NCBI GenBank assembly: GCA_017436675.1
Contig: JAFSCS010000001.1
Location: 9,472 to 73,471, forward strand
DNA length: 64,000 bases
Direction: 5' to 3'
From: Clostridia bacterium
Lineage (GTDB): Bacteria > Bacillota > Clostridia > Oscillospirales > CAG-382
Shown: positions 56,432-64,000 of the stretch, piece by piece
Layout: the number at the start of each line of letters is the position of its first letter
Position numbering within the stretch: the stretch's first letter is position 1
Translations under genes and position numbers: made by a program
The notes under the pieces: generated by a model
Seen by the model: the letters and a program-made list of their open reading frames with translations, nothing else
The model's database searches: none
Told to the model about the DNA's origin: nothing

Positions 56432-57454
56432 TTAGTTTTCTCCTTTCAAGGTCTTCATTACCTTCACGATATTCATCGAGATCGGGCATTTATTGAGGCA
56501 TCTGCCGCATCCGACACAGCCGAACTCACCGCTGTTATTAGCGGGGAAGTATACGAGCTTGTGCATAAATCTTTGGCGGAATCTTTCAAGCTGAGTGAGT
56601 CTGGGGTTGCCGTGCGCCATCTTTGTGAAGTCGGAATACATACAGCTATCCCAGCAACGATATCTTTTTACGCCGTGACCTGTTTCGAAGTCCTTGATAT
56701 CGTAGCATTGACAAGTCGGGCAAACGAAGGTACAAGTACCGCATCCGAGACAGCTCTCGGAAAGAGACGCCCATTTTTCAGAATCGAAGAGCTCCTTCAA
56801 TTTGTCGCCGCCGAAGGAATCGGTATCCAATTTTCCGAGCGGGAGACGATCGAGTATCTTCTTTGTGTTTTCAATTTGTGCATCGACCTCTGTGCGATCG
56901 CACTCTTCAAGCGAAAGCTCGGAAAGAAGTGCATTTCCCTTTTCGGTAACGCCCTCGAGGTAGTAGCAGTCATTTCCCTTCCAAGCGCGGATATCTCCCT
57001 CGGGCTCAGTGGGATCTATTCCGAAGGTCGTGCAGAAGCACGTTTCGGAGGGCTTTTGACAAGCGAGAGAGATCACTATTCCCTTTTCTCTCTTTGCCTT
57101 ATAAAACGTATCAACGGGCTCGGAGAGGAAGACCTTATCGAGAATCGAGAAGCTTCTTACGTCGCAAGCTCTTACACCGAACATCACGAACGGTCTTACC
57201 TCGCGGCGTTCGTCTGTGATCTCGATATTTTTTCCGTCGAGCTTAAAGGACACGATATCCTCGTGCTGCGGGAAGAAGAAATCCTTCGCGCTTCTTACGG
57301 TGTTGAGGTCATCGGAAACTGTTTTTCCTTGCTCCCATTTTTCAAAATACGATTGACCGTCGTTCTTTTTGGTCGGAACAAAAAGGTCATATTTTTCGCT
57401 GATCTTCTCAAAAAGCGAATTTAACTTTTCAAAACTGATCTTTACCATTTTCAT
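56432..57454 (-). CDS. 4Fe-4S dicluster protein (FlxB / AsrA / sulfhydrogenase-beta-like)
   Basis: 'CLGCGTCTFVCPTCQCYD' and 'CVGCGRCLNKCP'; 340 aa. Confidence 0.65.
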   Translation of the reverse strand: MKMVKISFEKLNSLFEKISEKYDLFVPTKKNDGQSYFEKWEQGKTVSDDLNTVRSAKDFFFPQHEDIVSFKLDGKNIEITDERREVRPFVMFGVRACDVRSFSILDKVFLSEPVDTFYKAKREKGIVISLACQKPSETCFCTTFGIDPTEPEGDIRAWKGNDCYYLEGVTEKGNALLSELSLEECDRTEVDAQIENTKKILDRLPLGKLDTDSFGGDKLKELFDSEKWASLSESCLGCGTCTFVCPTCQCYDIKDFETGHGVKRYRCWDSCMYSDFTKMAHGNPRLTQLERFRQRFMHKLVYFPANNSGEFGCVGCGRCLNKCPISMNIVKVMKTLKGEN

Positions 57455-57463
57455 TCCTCCCTA

Positions 57464-58429
57464 TTATTCTTTATCCGTTACCACAGAGGGCTCGGGGTCT
57501 TTTTCGGTGTAGCTTGTGAGCGGACCTCTTGCTTCGGGGTCTTCACCTGCTTGATAATCACCGTAGAGTGTATTGATGTCTTTAATGAACTTGCGGTTGA
57601 GAAGGTGCAAAGGAATTCCTTGGGGGCATACTCTCGAGCACTCGCCGCAGTCCGTACATCTTCCTGCAACGTGGAACGCGCGGATGATGTGGAACATATT
57701 CTCCTCGAAGCTCGTTACGGGTGCTTTGTTAACGTATCCCGAGTTATCGTTATCGAAGATACATTTTTCGCAAGAACAAGCGGGGCACACGTTTCTGCAC
57801 GCATTACAACGAATGCATCTTGAAAGCTCGTTTCTCCAGAATTCGAAGCGCTCGTCTGCCGTCATATTCTCGATCATTTCGACCTCGTCGAAGCGTTTTG
57901 AATCAAGCACCTCGCCCTCGTCTCCGAGAAGCTCGTCGTATGCAACGTGCTTTTTCGATTTGCAGTTCACGCAACGCTCAGCCAAAGCATCTGCACGGTT
58001 TATTTCATATTTATCATAGAGCGTTTCAACGCTGATCTTATCGCCGTCGGACGAAAGAGCGATGATGCCGTCGCCGACAGTTCTTTTGATCTTTTCGATA
58101 TCCACCTTGCCGTCACACGAAACGCCGACAACGTAGACCTTTTCTCTGTTTATCCTATGCTCACTCAAAAGCTGATTAAAGCTATAGGTATCGCAGGGCT
58201 TCAAGAACACGAGCACCTTGCCGTCCTTGTGAGCCTCTTTTATAAGATATTTCGAAAGGTTAGCACCACAGAAATCGTCATAGATAAAGCCGTTATCTAT
58301 CTCCTCTGCGTTTGTGAAGACAGCGGGGGTGATATCATAGCAGAATTCACCCTTTTTCCAGCCTATCACTGCGCGGACTTCTCCGCTTGCCAAAAGCTCT
58401 TTCGCTTTATTTTTCATTACTTCTTGCAT
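57464..58429 (-). CDS. Iron-sulfur protein (FlxC-like)
   Basis: 'CIRCNACRNVCPACSC' and 'CTDCGECSRVCPQG'. A strong GGAGGA RBS precedes ATG 58429. Confidence 0.6.
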   Translation of the reverse strand: MQEVMKNKAKELLASGEVRAVIGWKKGEFCYDITPAVFTNAEEIDNGFIYDDFCGANLSKYLIKEAHKDGKVLVFLKPCDTYSFNQLLSEHRINREKVYVVGVSCDGKVDIEKIKRTVGDGIIALSSDGDKISVETLYDKYEINRADALAERCVNCKSKKHVAYDELLGDEGEVLDSKRFDEVEMIENMTADERFEFWRNELSRCIRCNACRNVCPACSCEKCIFDNDNSGYVNKAPVTSFEENMFHIIRAFHVAGRCTDCGECSRVCPQGIPLHLLNRKFIKDINTLYGDYQAGEDPEARGPLTSYTEKDPEPSVVTDKE

Positions 58430-58851
58430 CTCAGATCCTCCAATCTCTTGTTTTCACCGAGCTTTGTTACTGTGGCAACGAAATCGTTCATCGTAGCCGC
58501 AAATTTTGCGCCCTCTGCCGCAGATACCCACTCGACTCTTGTACGTTCCTTTTCGATCCCGAGGTAATCGAGCATCGAGAAGAGGAGAGTCATTCTTCTT
58601 CTTGCGTAGTAGTTACCTGTTGTATAGTGGCAGTCGCCGGGGTGACATCCGCAGATGATAACACCGTCCGCGCCTCTTTGGAACGCTCTGAGCACGAACA
58701 AGGGGTTTACTCTGCACGAGCAAGGAACACGGATTATTTTTACGTCAGCGGGATAATTCAATCTGTTCGTTCCCGCAAGGTCAGCACCCGCATAGGAGCA
58801 CCAGTTGCAGCAGAACGCGACGATCTTCGGTTTGAATTCGTTTACTTGCAT
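58417..58851 (-). CDS. mvhD: MvhD/FlxD-type hydrogenase iron-sulfur subunit
   Basis: 'IVAFCCNWCSYAGADLAG....YP..VKIIRVPCSCRVNP..VLRAFQRGADGVIICGCHPGDCHY'. Confidence 0.85.
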   Translation of the reverse strand: MQVNEFKPKIVAFCCNWCSYAGADLAGTNRLNYPADVKIIRVPCSCRVNPLFVLRAFQRGADGVIICGCHPGDCHYTTGNYYARRRMTLLFSMLDYLGIEKERTRVEWVSAAEGAKFAATMNDFVATVTKLGENKRLEDLRCKK

Positions 58852-60830
58852 ATTGCATCTACCTCCGCCATGATCTGTTTATTAGAGAAGCCCTTGAGGT
58901 CCATAGCTCCCGAAGGACAGGTTACGGTACAAGCACCGCAGCCTTGACATACCGCATCGTTTACTACTGCTACGCGGCGAACTCTCGTTGTTCTGTCGGG
59001 CATTCTGAACTCTTTATCAACGTAGGATATCGCGTTATACGCGCATACCTTCGCACAGTTCGAGCATCCGTTACACATATTTTCGTCGGAATGTGCAACG
59101 CACGCATTATTTTTCATTTTATCCTTCACGAGAAGACCGATGACCTTCGCTGCTGCCGCACTTGCTTGGGCAACGGTTTCGGGGATATCCTTCGGGCCTT
59201 GACAAGCACCCGAGAGGAAGATACCTGCTGTCGGGCTTTCAACGGGACGAAGCTTCGGGTGAGCCTCGGTGAAGAAGTCGTTTGTGTCCATGCTTGCCGT
59301 CAACATCGTTGCGAGCGGTCTTGCCGTCTTATCGGGCTCGATAGCCGCCGCCAATACGACGAGGTCAGCGTCGATGGTGAGTTGTTCGTTGGAGATGAGG
59401 TCGCTCGCACGAACGATGAGCTTATCTCCCTCGGGGATGACCTTTCCGACCATACCCTTTATGTAATGCACGCCGTATTCTTCAACTGCTCTGCGGTAGA
59501 ACTCATCGAAGTTCTTGCCGGGTGTTCTGACGTCGATATAGAATACGTATACCTCTGTATCGGGGTATTTTTCTCTTGTGAGCATTGCGTGCTTTGCGGT
59601 ATACATACAGCAGATCTTCGAGCAATATGATTTTCCGCATTCTCTTGTATCACGAGAGCCGACGCATTGAACGAAAACGATCTTATGCGGATGCTTTCCG
59701 TCGGAGGGACGAAGCAATTTTCCTGCTGTCGGGCCTGCGGCGTTCGTGAGACGTTCGAATTCAAGCGAGGTAATTACGTCCTTGCTTTGAGAATATGCAT
59801 ATTCGTCATACTTATCGAGCTTTATCGGATTAAATCCTGTTGCAACTACGATAGCACCGTATTTTTCGGTGATAAATTCGTCTTTTTGTGTATAATCGAT
59901 AGCGCCTGCGGTACATACCTTTGAGCAGACACCGCATTTACCTGTTTTGAGCATCGTGCAGTAATCGGCGTCGATGGTCGCTATCTTCGGAACTGCTTGT
60001 GCAAACGGGATATAGATCGCTCTTCTTTGGTCCATTCCGAGATTGAACTCGTTGGGAACACGTTTTTGAGGGCATTTTTCGGTGCAGAGACCGCATCCCG
60101 TACATTTCGTTTCGTCAACGAAACGAGCTTTTCTCTTTATAGTTACCTCGAAGTTACCGACGAATCCCTTTACGCCGCTGACTTCGCTATAGGAATATAT
60201 TTTGATATTCTCGTTTTGAGCAGCATCTACCATTTTCGGTGTGAGGATACAAGCCGCACAGTCGAGTGTCGGGAACGTCTTGTCGATCTGGCTCATCTTA
60301 CCGCCGATGGTCGGGAGCTTTTCGACGATATCTACGGGGAATCCCGCATCCGCGATATCGAGTGCCGTTTGGATACCTGCTATACCGCCGCCGATAACGA
60401 GTGCGCGTTTTACAACGGGAGTCTCACCCGATGTGAGCGGTGCGTTAAGATGCACCTTTGCAACGGCTGTACGAGCGAGGATTATTGCCTTTTCCGTACC
60501 CGTTGCCATATCCTTATGTATCCACGAGCATTGCTCACGTATATTTGCGATCTCAACCATATAGGGATTGAGTCCAACGGATTGCGCCGCTTTTCTGAAC
60601 GTTGCCTCGTGCATTCTCGGTGAGCACGAGCAAACGACGATACCCGTCAATTTATGCTCTTTAATTGCATCTTTGATAATATTCTGACCTGCTTCGGAGC
60701 ACATATATTGATAATCGGTGGAGAACACTACACCGTTTTCGTATTTCATTGCCTCGGCAACCGCTTTTACGTCAACGGTTCCCGCGATATTTGTACCGCA
60801 ATGACATACGAATACACCTATTCTTTGCAT
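58842..60830 (-). CDS. hdrA: Heterodisulfide reductase subunit A-like flavoprotein
   Basis: 'ALVIGGGIAGIQTALDIADAG', an N-terminal 'VFVCHCGTNI', and several ferredoxin-type motifs ('CTGCGLCTEKCP', 'CNGCSNCAKVC', 'CQGCGACTVTCP'). 662 aa. Confidence 0.85.
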   Translation of the reverse strand: MQRIGVFVCHCGTNIAGTVDVKAVAEAMKYENGVVFSTDYQYMCSEAGQNIIKDAIKEHKLTGIVVCSCSPRMHEATFRKAAQSVGLNPYMVEIANIREQCSWIHKDMATGTEKAIILARTAVAKVHLNAPLTSGETPVVKRALVIGGGIAGIQTALDIADAGFPVDIVEKLPTIGGKMSQIDKTFPTLDCAACILTPKMVDAAQNENIKIYSYSEVSGVKGFVGNFEVTIKRKARFVDETKCTGCGLCTEKCPQKRVPNEFNLGMDQRRAIYIPFAQAVPKIATIDADYCTMLKTGKCGVCSKVCTAGAIDYTQKDEFITEKYGAIVVATGFNPIKLDKYDEYAYSQSKDVITSLEFERLTNAAGPTAGKLLRPSDGKHPHKIVFVQCVGSRDTRECGKSYCSKICCMYTAKHAMLTREKYPDTEVYVFYIDVRTPGKNFDEFYRRAVEEYGVHYIKGMVGKVIPEGDKLIVRASDLISNEQLTIDADLVVLAAAIEPDKTARPLATMLTASMDTNDFFTEAHPKLRPVESPTAGIFLSGACQGPKDIPETVAQASAAAAKVIGLLVKDKMKNNACVAHSDENMCNGCSNCAKVCAYNAISYVDKEFRMPDRTTRVRRVAVVNDAVCQGCGACTVTCPSGAMDLKGFSNKQIMAEVDAICK

Positions 60831-60845
60831 CTTCTTCTCCTCCTG

Positions 60846-61235
60846 TTACTTACTGTATTTTCTGAACGCCGTGACGATAGCCTGTTGCGGAAGGTCCTCG
60901 TCCAAAAGATCGGGGATCATATCTGCTTTGAGGTGGTTTTCGCCTTGCTTTCTGATCTTTGCAACTCTTACCGCTTCGATGAATTTCGCCGGCTCAACAC
61001 CGCGAGGGCATCTTTCGACACAAGCGAAGCAGGAAAGACATTTATATATGGAATCGGTATTCATAAGCGGCTCAATGTCGCCCTTCTCTACCATATACAC
61101 GAACTGATGGGGTTTATATTCCATCTCGTTACCGTTGGGGCAGGTTGCGGTACATTTTCCGCATTTCATACATTTTTTCGGATCGACGCCTGCGCTTCTG
61201 ATCACGTTTTCTTTCAAATTGTTGGAAAAGCTCAT
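60846..61235 (-). CDS. hdrC: Heterodisulfide reductase subunit C-like 4Fe-4S protein
   Basis: 'CMKCGKCTATCP' and 'CLSCFACVERCP'; 129 aa. Its ATG overlaps the hdrB stop (ATGA). Confidence 0.7.
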   Translation of the reverse strand: MSFSNNLKENVIRSAGVDPKKCMKCGKCTATCPNGNEMEYKPHQFVYMVEKGDIEPLMNTDSIYKCLSCFACVERCPRGVEPAKFIEAVRVAKIRKQGENHLKADMIPDLLDEDLPQQAIVTAFRKYSK

Positions 61236-62023
61236 CAGTTTTCTCCTTTCACACCTAACGCCTCGGCAAGAAGCTCGGTGAAATACTTCACAGGAAGCTC
61301 TACAGCACCGTTTTTATTGAGGTTATAGAGGCAAAGCGGGCAAGCGGTTATAATTTCTTCCGCGCCGTTTTTCTCTGCGCTCTCCATAACGAGTGTGCTT
61401 TTCTTTATCGCGTTATTTTTGTCCTCGAGCGCGATATATCCACCGCAGCATTCGTTTCTGTAGGGATATACGACGGGCTCACCGCCGATCGCTCTGATGA
61501 AATCCTCGATGATGGTCGGGTTCTCGGGGTTATCCATTGCCATTATCTTCGAGGGACGGAGAAGCAAGCATCCGTAGTATGCGGCAACCTTCTTTCCACC
61601 GAGGGGATTCACTACCTTTTCCTTGAGCTTATCAAATCCGACAACGTCACGAAGCAGCTCGAGAAAATGGATGACCTTCGTTTCGCCGTTATAGGGCTCT
61701 TCATCCTTCATATAGTTATGTACTCTGTTTATCATATCCTCATTTGTAGTCATATCGTTGTTGACTTGCTTGAGAACGTTGTGACAAGCGGAGCAAAGAG
61801 TTACGAGATCCTGTCCCTTCTCTTTAGCGGCAGCGAGCGCGCGGACGGAAGAAAGCTTCGAAGCGATCTCATCCTTTGCCATACTGTATGCACCGCCGCA
61901 GCATTGCCAGTTTTCAAGCTCTACGAGGTCTATTCCGAGCGCCTCAGCGCTGAGTCTTGCATATTTGTCCAGCTCCTTCGCCTTAGTTTTAAGCGTACAG
62001 CCGGGATAATAACTGAATTTCAT
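61235..62023 (-). CDS. hdrB: Heterodisulfide reductase subunit B-like CCG-domain protein
   Basis: Two cysteine-rich CCG motifs, 'WQCCGGAYS...LCSAC' and 'NECCGGYI...ACPLC'. Confidence 0.8.
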   Translation of the reverse strand: MKFSYYPGCTLKTKAKELDKYARLSAEALGIDLVELENWQCCGGAYSMAKDEIASKLSSVRALAAAKEKGQDLVTLCSACHNVLKQVNNDMTTNEDMINRVHNYMKDEEPYNGETKVIHFLELLRDVVGFDKLKEKVVNPLGGKKVAAYYGCLLLRPSKIMAMDNPENPTIIEDFIRAIGGEPVVYPYRNECCGGYIALEDKNNAIKKSTLVMESAEKNGAEEIITACPLCLYNLNKNGAVELPVKYFTELLAEALGVKGEN

Positions 62024-62094
62024 TCAATACCTCCGATTATTTTTCAAAAACTTTTTTGAATGTATTAAACTAATTTGATCTTATATTCAAAATA

Positions 62095-62459
62095 CAATCT
62101 GTTTTAAGCTTGGAATTTTCCGGTGTCGAACTCTTTGTTCGACCGAAATGGGGTCGGGTCCCATTTCGAGGGAATTTCGCTTTGCAATCGCACTGTGTTT
62201 TTATTGGTACAATATACAATCTGTTTTATGCTTGGAATTTTCCGGTGTCGAACTTTTAGTTCGACCGAAATGGGGTCGGGTCCCATTTCGAGGGAAATTC
62301 GCTTTGCAATCGCACTGTGTTTTTATTGGTACAATATACAATCTGTTTTAAGCTTGGAATTTTCCGGTGTCGAACTTTTAGTTCGACCGAAATGGGTCGG
62401 GTCCCATTTCGAGGGAAATTCGCTTTGCAATCGCACTGTGTTTTTATTAGTACAATATA
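62095..62459. repeat. 3 x 122-bp near-identical tandem repeat
   Basis: Copies start at 62095, 62217 and 62339 and differ at only about 8 positions in total, including one 1-nt deletion. Each copy carries the palindromes GTCGAAC-N5-GTTCGAC and CGAAATGGG-N6/7-CCCATTTCG. Confidence 0.95.
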
Positions 62460-62469
62460 ACTATTGCAA

Positions 62470-63846
62470 TTATACCATTTGCTCGGGGTGGAAGACCTCG
62501 TCGAACTTCTCTGCGGTGAGGAATCCGAGCGCAACACAAGCTTCCTTGAGCGAGATATTCTCTTTATATGCCTTCTTCGCTGTCTTTGCGGCGTTTTCAT
62601 AACCGATATAGGGGTTGAGCGCCGTTACAAGCATCAAGGAATTGTGGAGATTGTGGTGCATTTTTTCTTTAATAGCCTTAATTCCGACTGCGCAATTGTT
62701 GTTAAACGAAACGATCGATTCAGCGAGGAGACGTGCGGATTGCAAGAAGTTGTAGCTGCAAACGGGCATAAACACGTTGAGCTCAAAGTTACCTTGTGAT
62801 GCCGCCATACCGACTGCAACGTCGTTACCCATAACCTGCACTGCAACCATCGTTACTGCCTCACACTGTGTCGGGTTCACCTTGCCGGGCATAATGGAGG
62901 AGCCGGGCTCGTTTTCGGGGATCGTGATCTCACCGAGGCCGTCGCGAGGACCGCTTGCGAGCCAACGAACGTCGTTTGCGATCTTCATCATATCTGCCGC
63001 AAGTCCTTTGAGTGCGCCGTGTGCGAACACCATCTCATCCTTCGATGTGAGCGCGTGGAATTTATTTTCTGCTGTCTTAAAATTCTTTCCCGTGATCTCG
63101 GAAACCGCCTCAGCGACCTTAACGTCAAAGCCCTTCGGAGCGTTGAGCCCCGTTCCTACAGCCGTGCCGCCGAGCGCCAACTCCTTGAGCTCGTCAGCAG
63201 CAAGAAGAATGAGCTTTCTGTCCTTTTCAAGACTGCTTCTCCAACCGCTGATCTCTTGCGAGAACGTGATGGGGGTTGCGTCTTGGAGGTGTGTACGACC
63301 GCTCTTTACGATCCCTTCGTTTTCCTTCTCGAGACGCTTGAAGGTGTCGATGAGGAGATCGATCGCGGGGATGAGCTTATCCTCGATCATCAAAACTGCG
63401 CTGATGTGCATTGCCGTCGGGAACGTATCGTTGGAGGATTGGCTCATATTGATATCGTCGTTGGGGTGGAGAAGCTTTTTGCCTGCTATCTCGTTACCTC
63501 TGTTGGCGATTACCTCGTTGGCATTCATATTGGATTGTGTGCCGCTTCCCGTTTGCCATACAACGAGCGGGAAATGGTCGTTGAGCTGACCTGCGATGAC
63601 CTCATCACAAGCCTTGCTTATTGCATTCAATTTTTCTTCAGTCATTTTTTCGGGCTTGAGAGCGCTGTTTGCGATAGCAGCCGCCTTCTTCAAGATACCG
63701 AATGCGTGAGTGATCTCACGGGGCATCGTCTCGATGCCAACTCCGATGCGGAAGTTTCCTTTACTTCTTTCTGTTTGTGCCGCCCAATATTTGTCGGCAG
63801 GTACGAGCACCTCGCCCATTGAATCGTGTTCTGTGCGAAATTCCAT
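62470..63846 (-). CDS. fumC: Class II fumarate hydratase
   Basis: '[28 protein letters not shown]' and the signature '[15 protein letters not shown]'. The track start at 63864 is TTG; ATG 63846 with RBS GGAAGGA aligns with FumC N-termini. Confidence 0.95.
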   Translation of the reverse strand: MEFRTEHDSMGEVLVPADKYWAAQTERSKGNFRIGVGIETMPREITHAFGILKKAAAIANSALKPEKMTEEKLNAISKACDEVIAGQLNDHFPLVVWQTGSGTQSNMNANEVIANRGNEIAGKKLLHPNDDINMSQSSNDTFPTAMHISAVLMIEDKLIPAIDLLIDTFKRLEKENEGIVKSGRTHLQDATPITFSQEISGWRSSLEKDRKLILLAADELKELALGGTAVGTGLNAPKGFDVKVAEAVSEITGKNFKTAENKFHALTSKDEMVFAHGALKGLAADMMKIANDVRWLASGPRDGLGEITIPENEPGSSIMPGKVNPTQCEAVTMVAVQVMGNDVAVGMAASQGNFELNVFMPVCSYNFLQSARLLAESIVSFNNNCAVGIKAIKEKMHHNLHNSLMLVTALNPYIGYENAAKTAKKAYKENISLKEACVALGFLTAEKFDEVFHPEQMV

Positions 63847-63939
63847 TATATTTATTCCTTCCAAAAGTAGATTTTTATTTTATATTATTTCGTGACAGTG
63901 CCTTGATGCTGAAAACACCAAGGCAGTCGAGCTTCTATA

Positions 63940-63999
63940 TTAGATATCGAGTCCTTTTATTAAGTCTTTGAGAGTGTTTGCACTCTTGTGGAGAAGCGC
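63940..63999 (-). CDS. 3' end of an unidentified gene running off the window
   Basis: The open minus-strand frame ends '...ALLHKSANTLKDLIKGLDI*' with a TAA at 63942-63940, followed by a hairpin at ~63906-63932. Confidence 0.3.
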   Translation of the reverse strand, partial: ALLHKSANTLKDLIKGLDI

Positions 64000-64000
64000 G

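Noticed and set aside
58417-60830. Selenocysteine (in-frame TGA) or split HdrA/MvhD, as occurs in some methanogens and deltaproteobacteria.
   Set aside because: Both ORFs are uninterrupted and full-length with Cys at the expected positions. I saw no in-frame TGA and no SECIS-like hairpin.
62130-62150. tRNA-like T-arm ('GTTCGA') inside the tandem-repeat unit.
   Set aside because: No acceptor, D or anticodon arms can be drawn around it. The GTTCGAC is simply the 3' half of the GTCGAAC/GTTCGAC palindrome.
62123-62602. Three ORFs of 67-159 aa predicted inside the 122-bp tandem repeat (62123-62602, 62148-62351, 62256-62600).
   Set aside because: Their protein sequences are the repeat unit read through three times in different frames. 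They have no RBS and no protein-like composition, and one runs into fumC antisense.

Overview
This 64-kb chromosomal window comes from a Gram-positive anaerobe that looks like a member of Clostridia. Supporting signs are spoVT, Rex, an hfs/HydS-type [FeFe]-hydrogenase cluster, many lipobox lipoproteins and a sortase-type surface protein. I could not run BLAST, HMM or Rfam searches, so all family names rest on motifs I recognise in the translations.

I support about 50 protein genes (most on the minus strand), one tRNA-Thr(CGU), several intrinsic terminators and a few promoter or operator candidates. I saw no rRNA, CRISPR array, transposase, integrase or phage gene.

Content from left to right:
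- Surface and glycan enzymes (a GDPD protein, a glutaminase-A-like protein).
- spoVT, followed by a 1022-aa sortase-anchored adhesin-like protein.
- TetR and XRE regulators.
- A sugar-acid cluster: MFS transporter, GH172/DUF2961, SDR, enolase-superfamily dehydratase, MBL hydrolase, metF.
- An 810-aa lipoprotein made of nine copies of an ~80-aa module.
- tRNA-Thr, then a housekeeping run: HAD, rqcH, trmK, apgM, rsmI, radical SAM, polA.
- More surface and lipoproteins, secA with two paralogous membrane proteins, and trmL.
- A ~17-kb redox block at the right end.

The most interesting items are these:
1. A tightly packed operon hdrB-hdrC-hdrA-mvhD(flxD)-flxC-flxB-flxA-frdB-frdA plus an AAE (SucE-like) permease. 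It is flanked by fumC on one side and by rex plus an hfsABCD-like sensory hydrogenase cluster on the other. I read it as a candidate soluble, possibly electron-bifurcating fumarate reductase.
2. A family of intergenic foldback 'hairpin-chain' elements. Two clear copies share a TCGATAT / ATATCGA scaffold and sit inside what look like split intrinsic terminators. A third, sequence-divergent copy lies next to the tRNA.
3. A near-perfect 3 x 122-bp tandem repeat immediately upstream of the hdr operon.

The ORF track renders TTG and GTG starts as M. I moved several starts to downstream ATGs that have good RBSs and remove overlaps.
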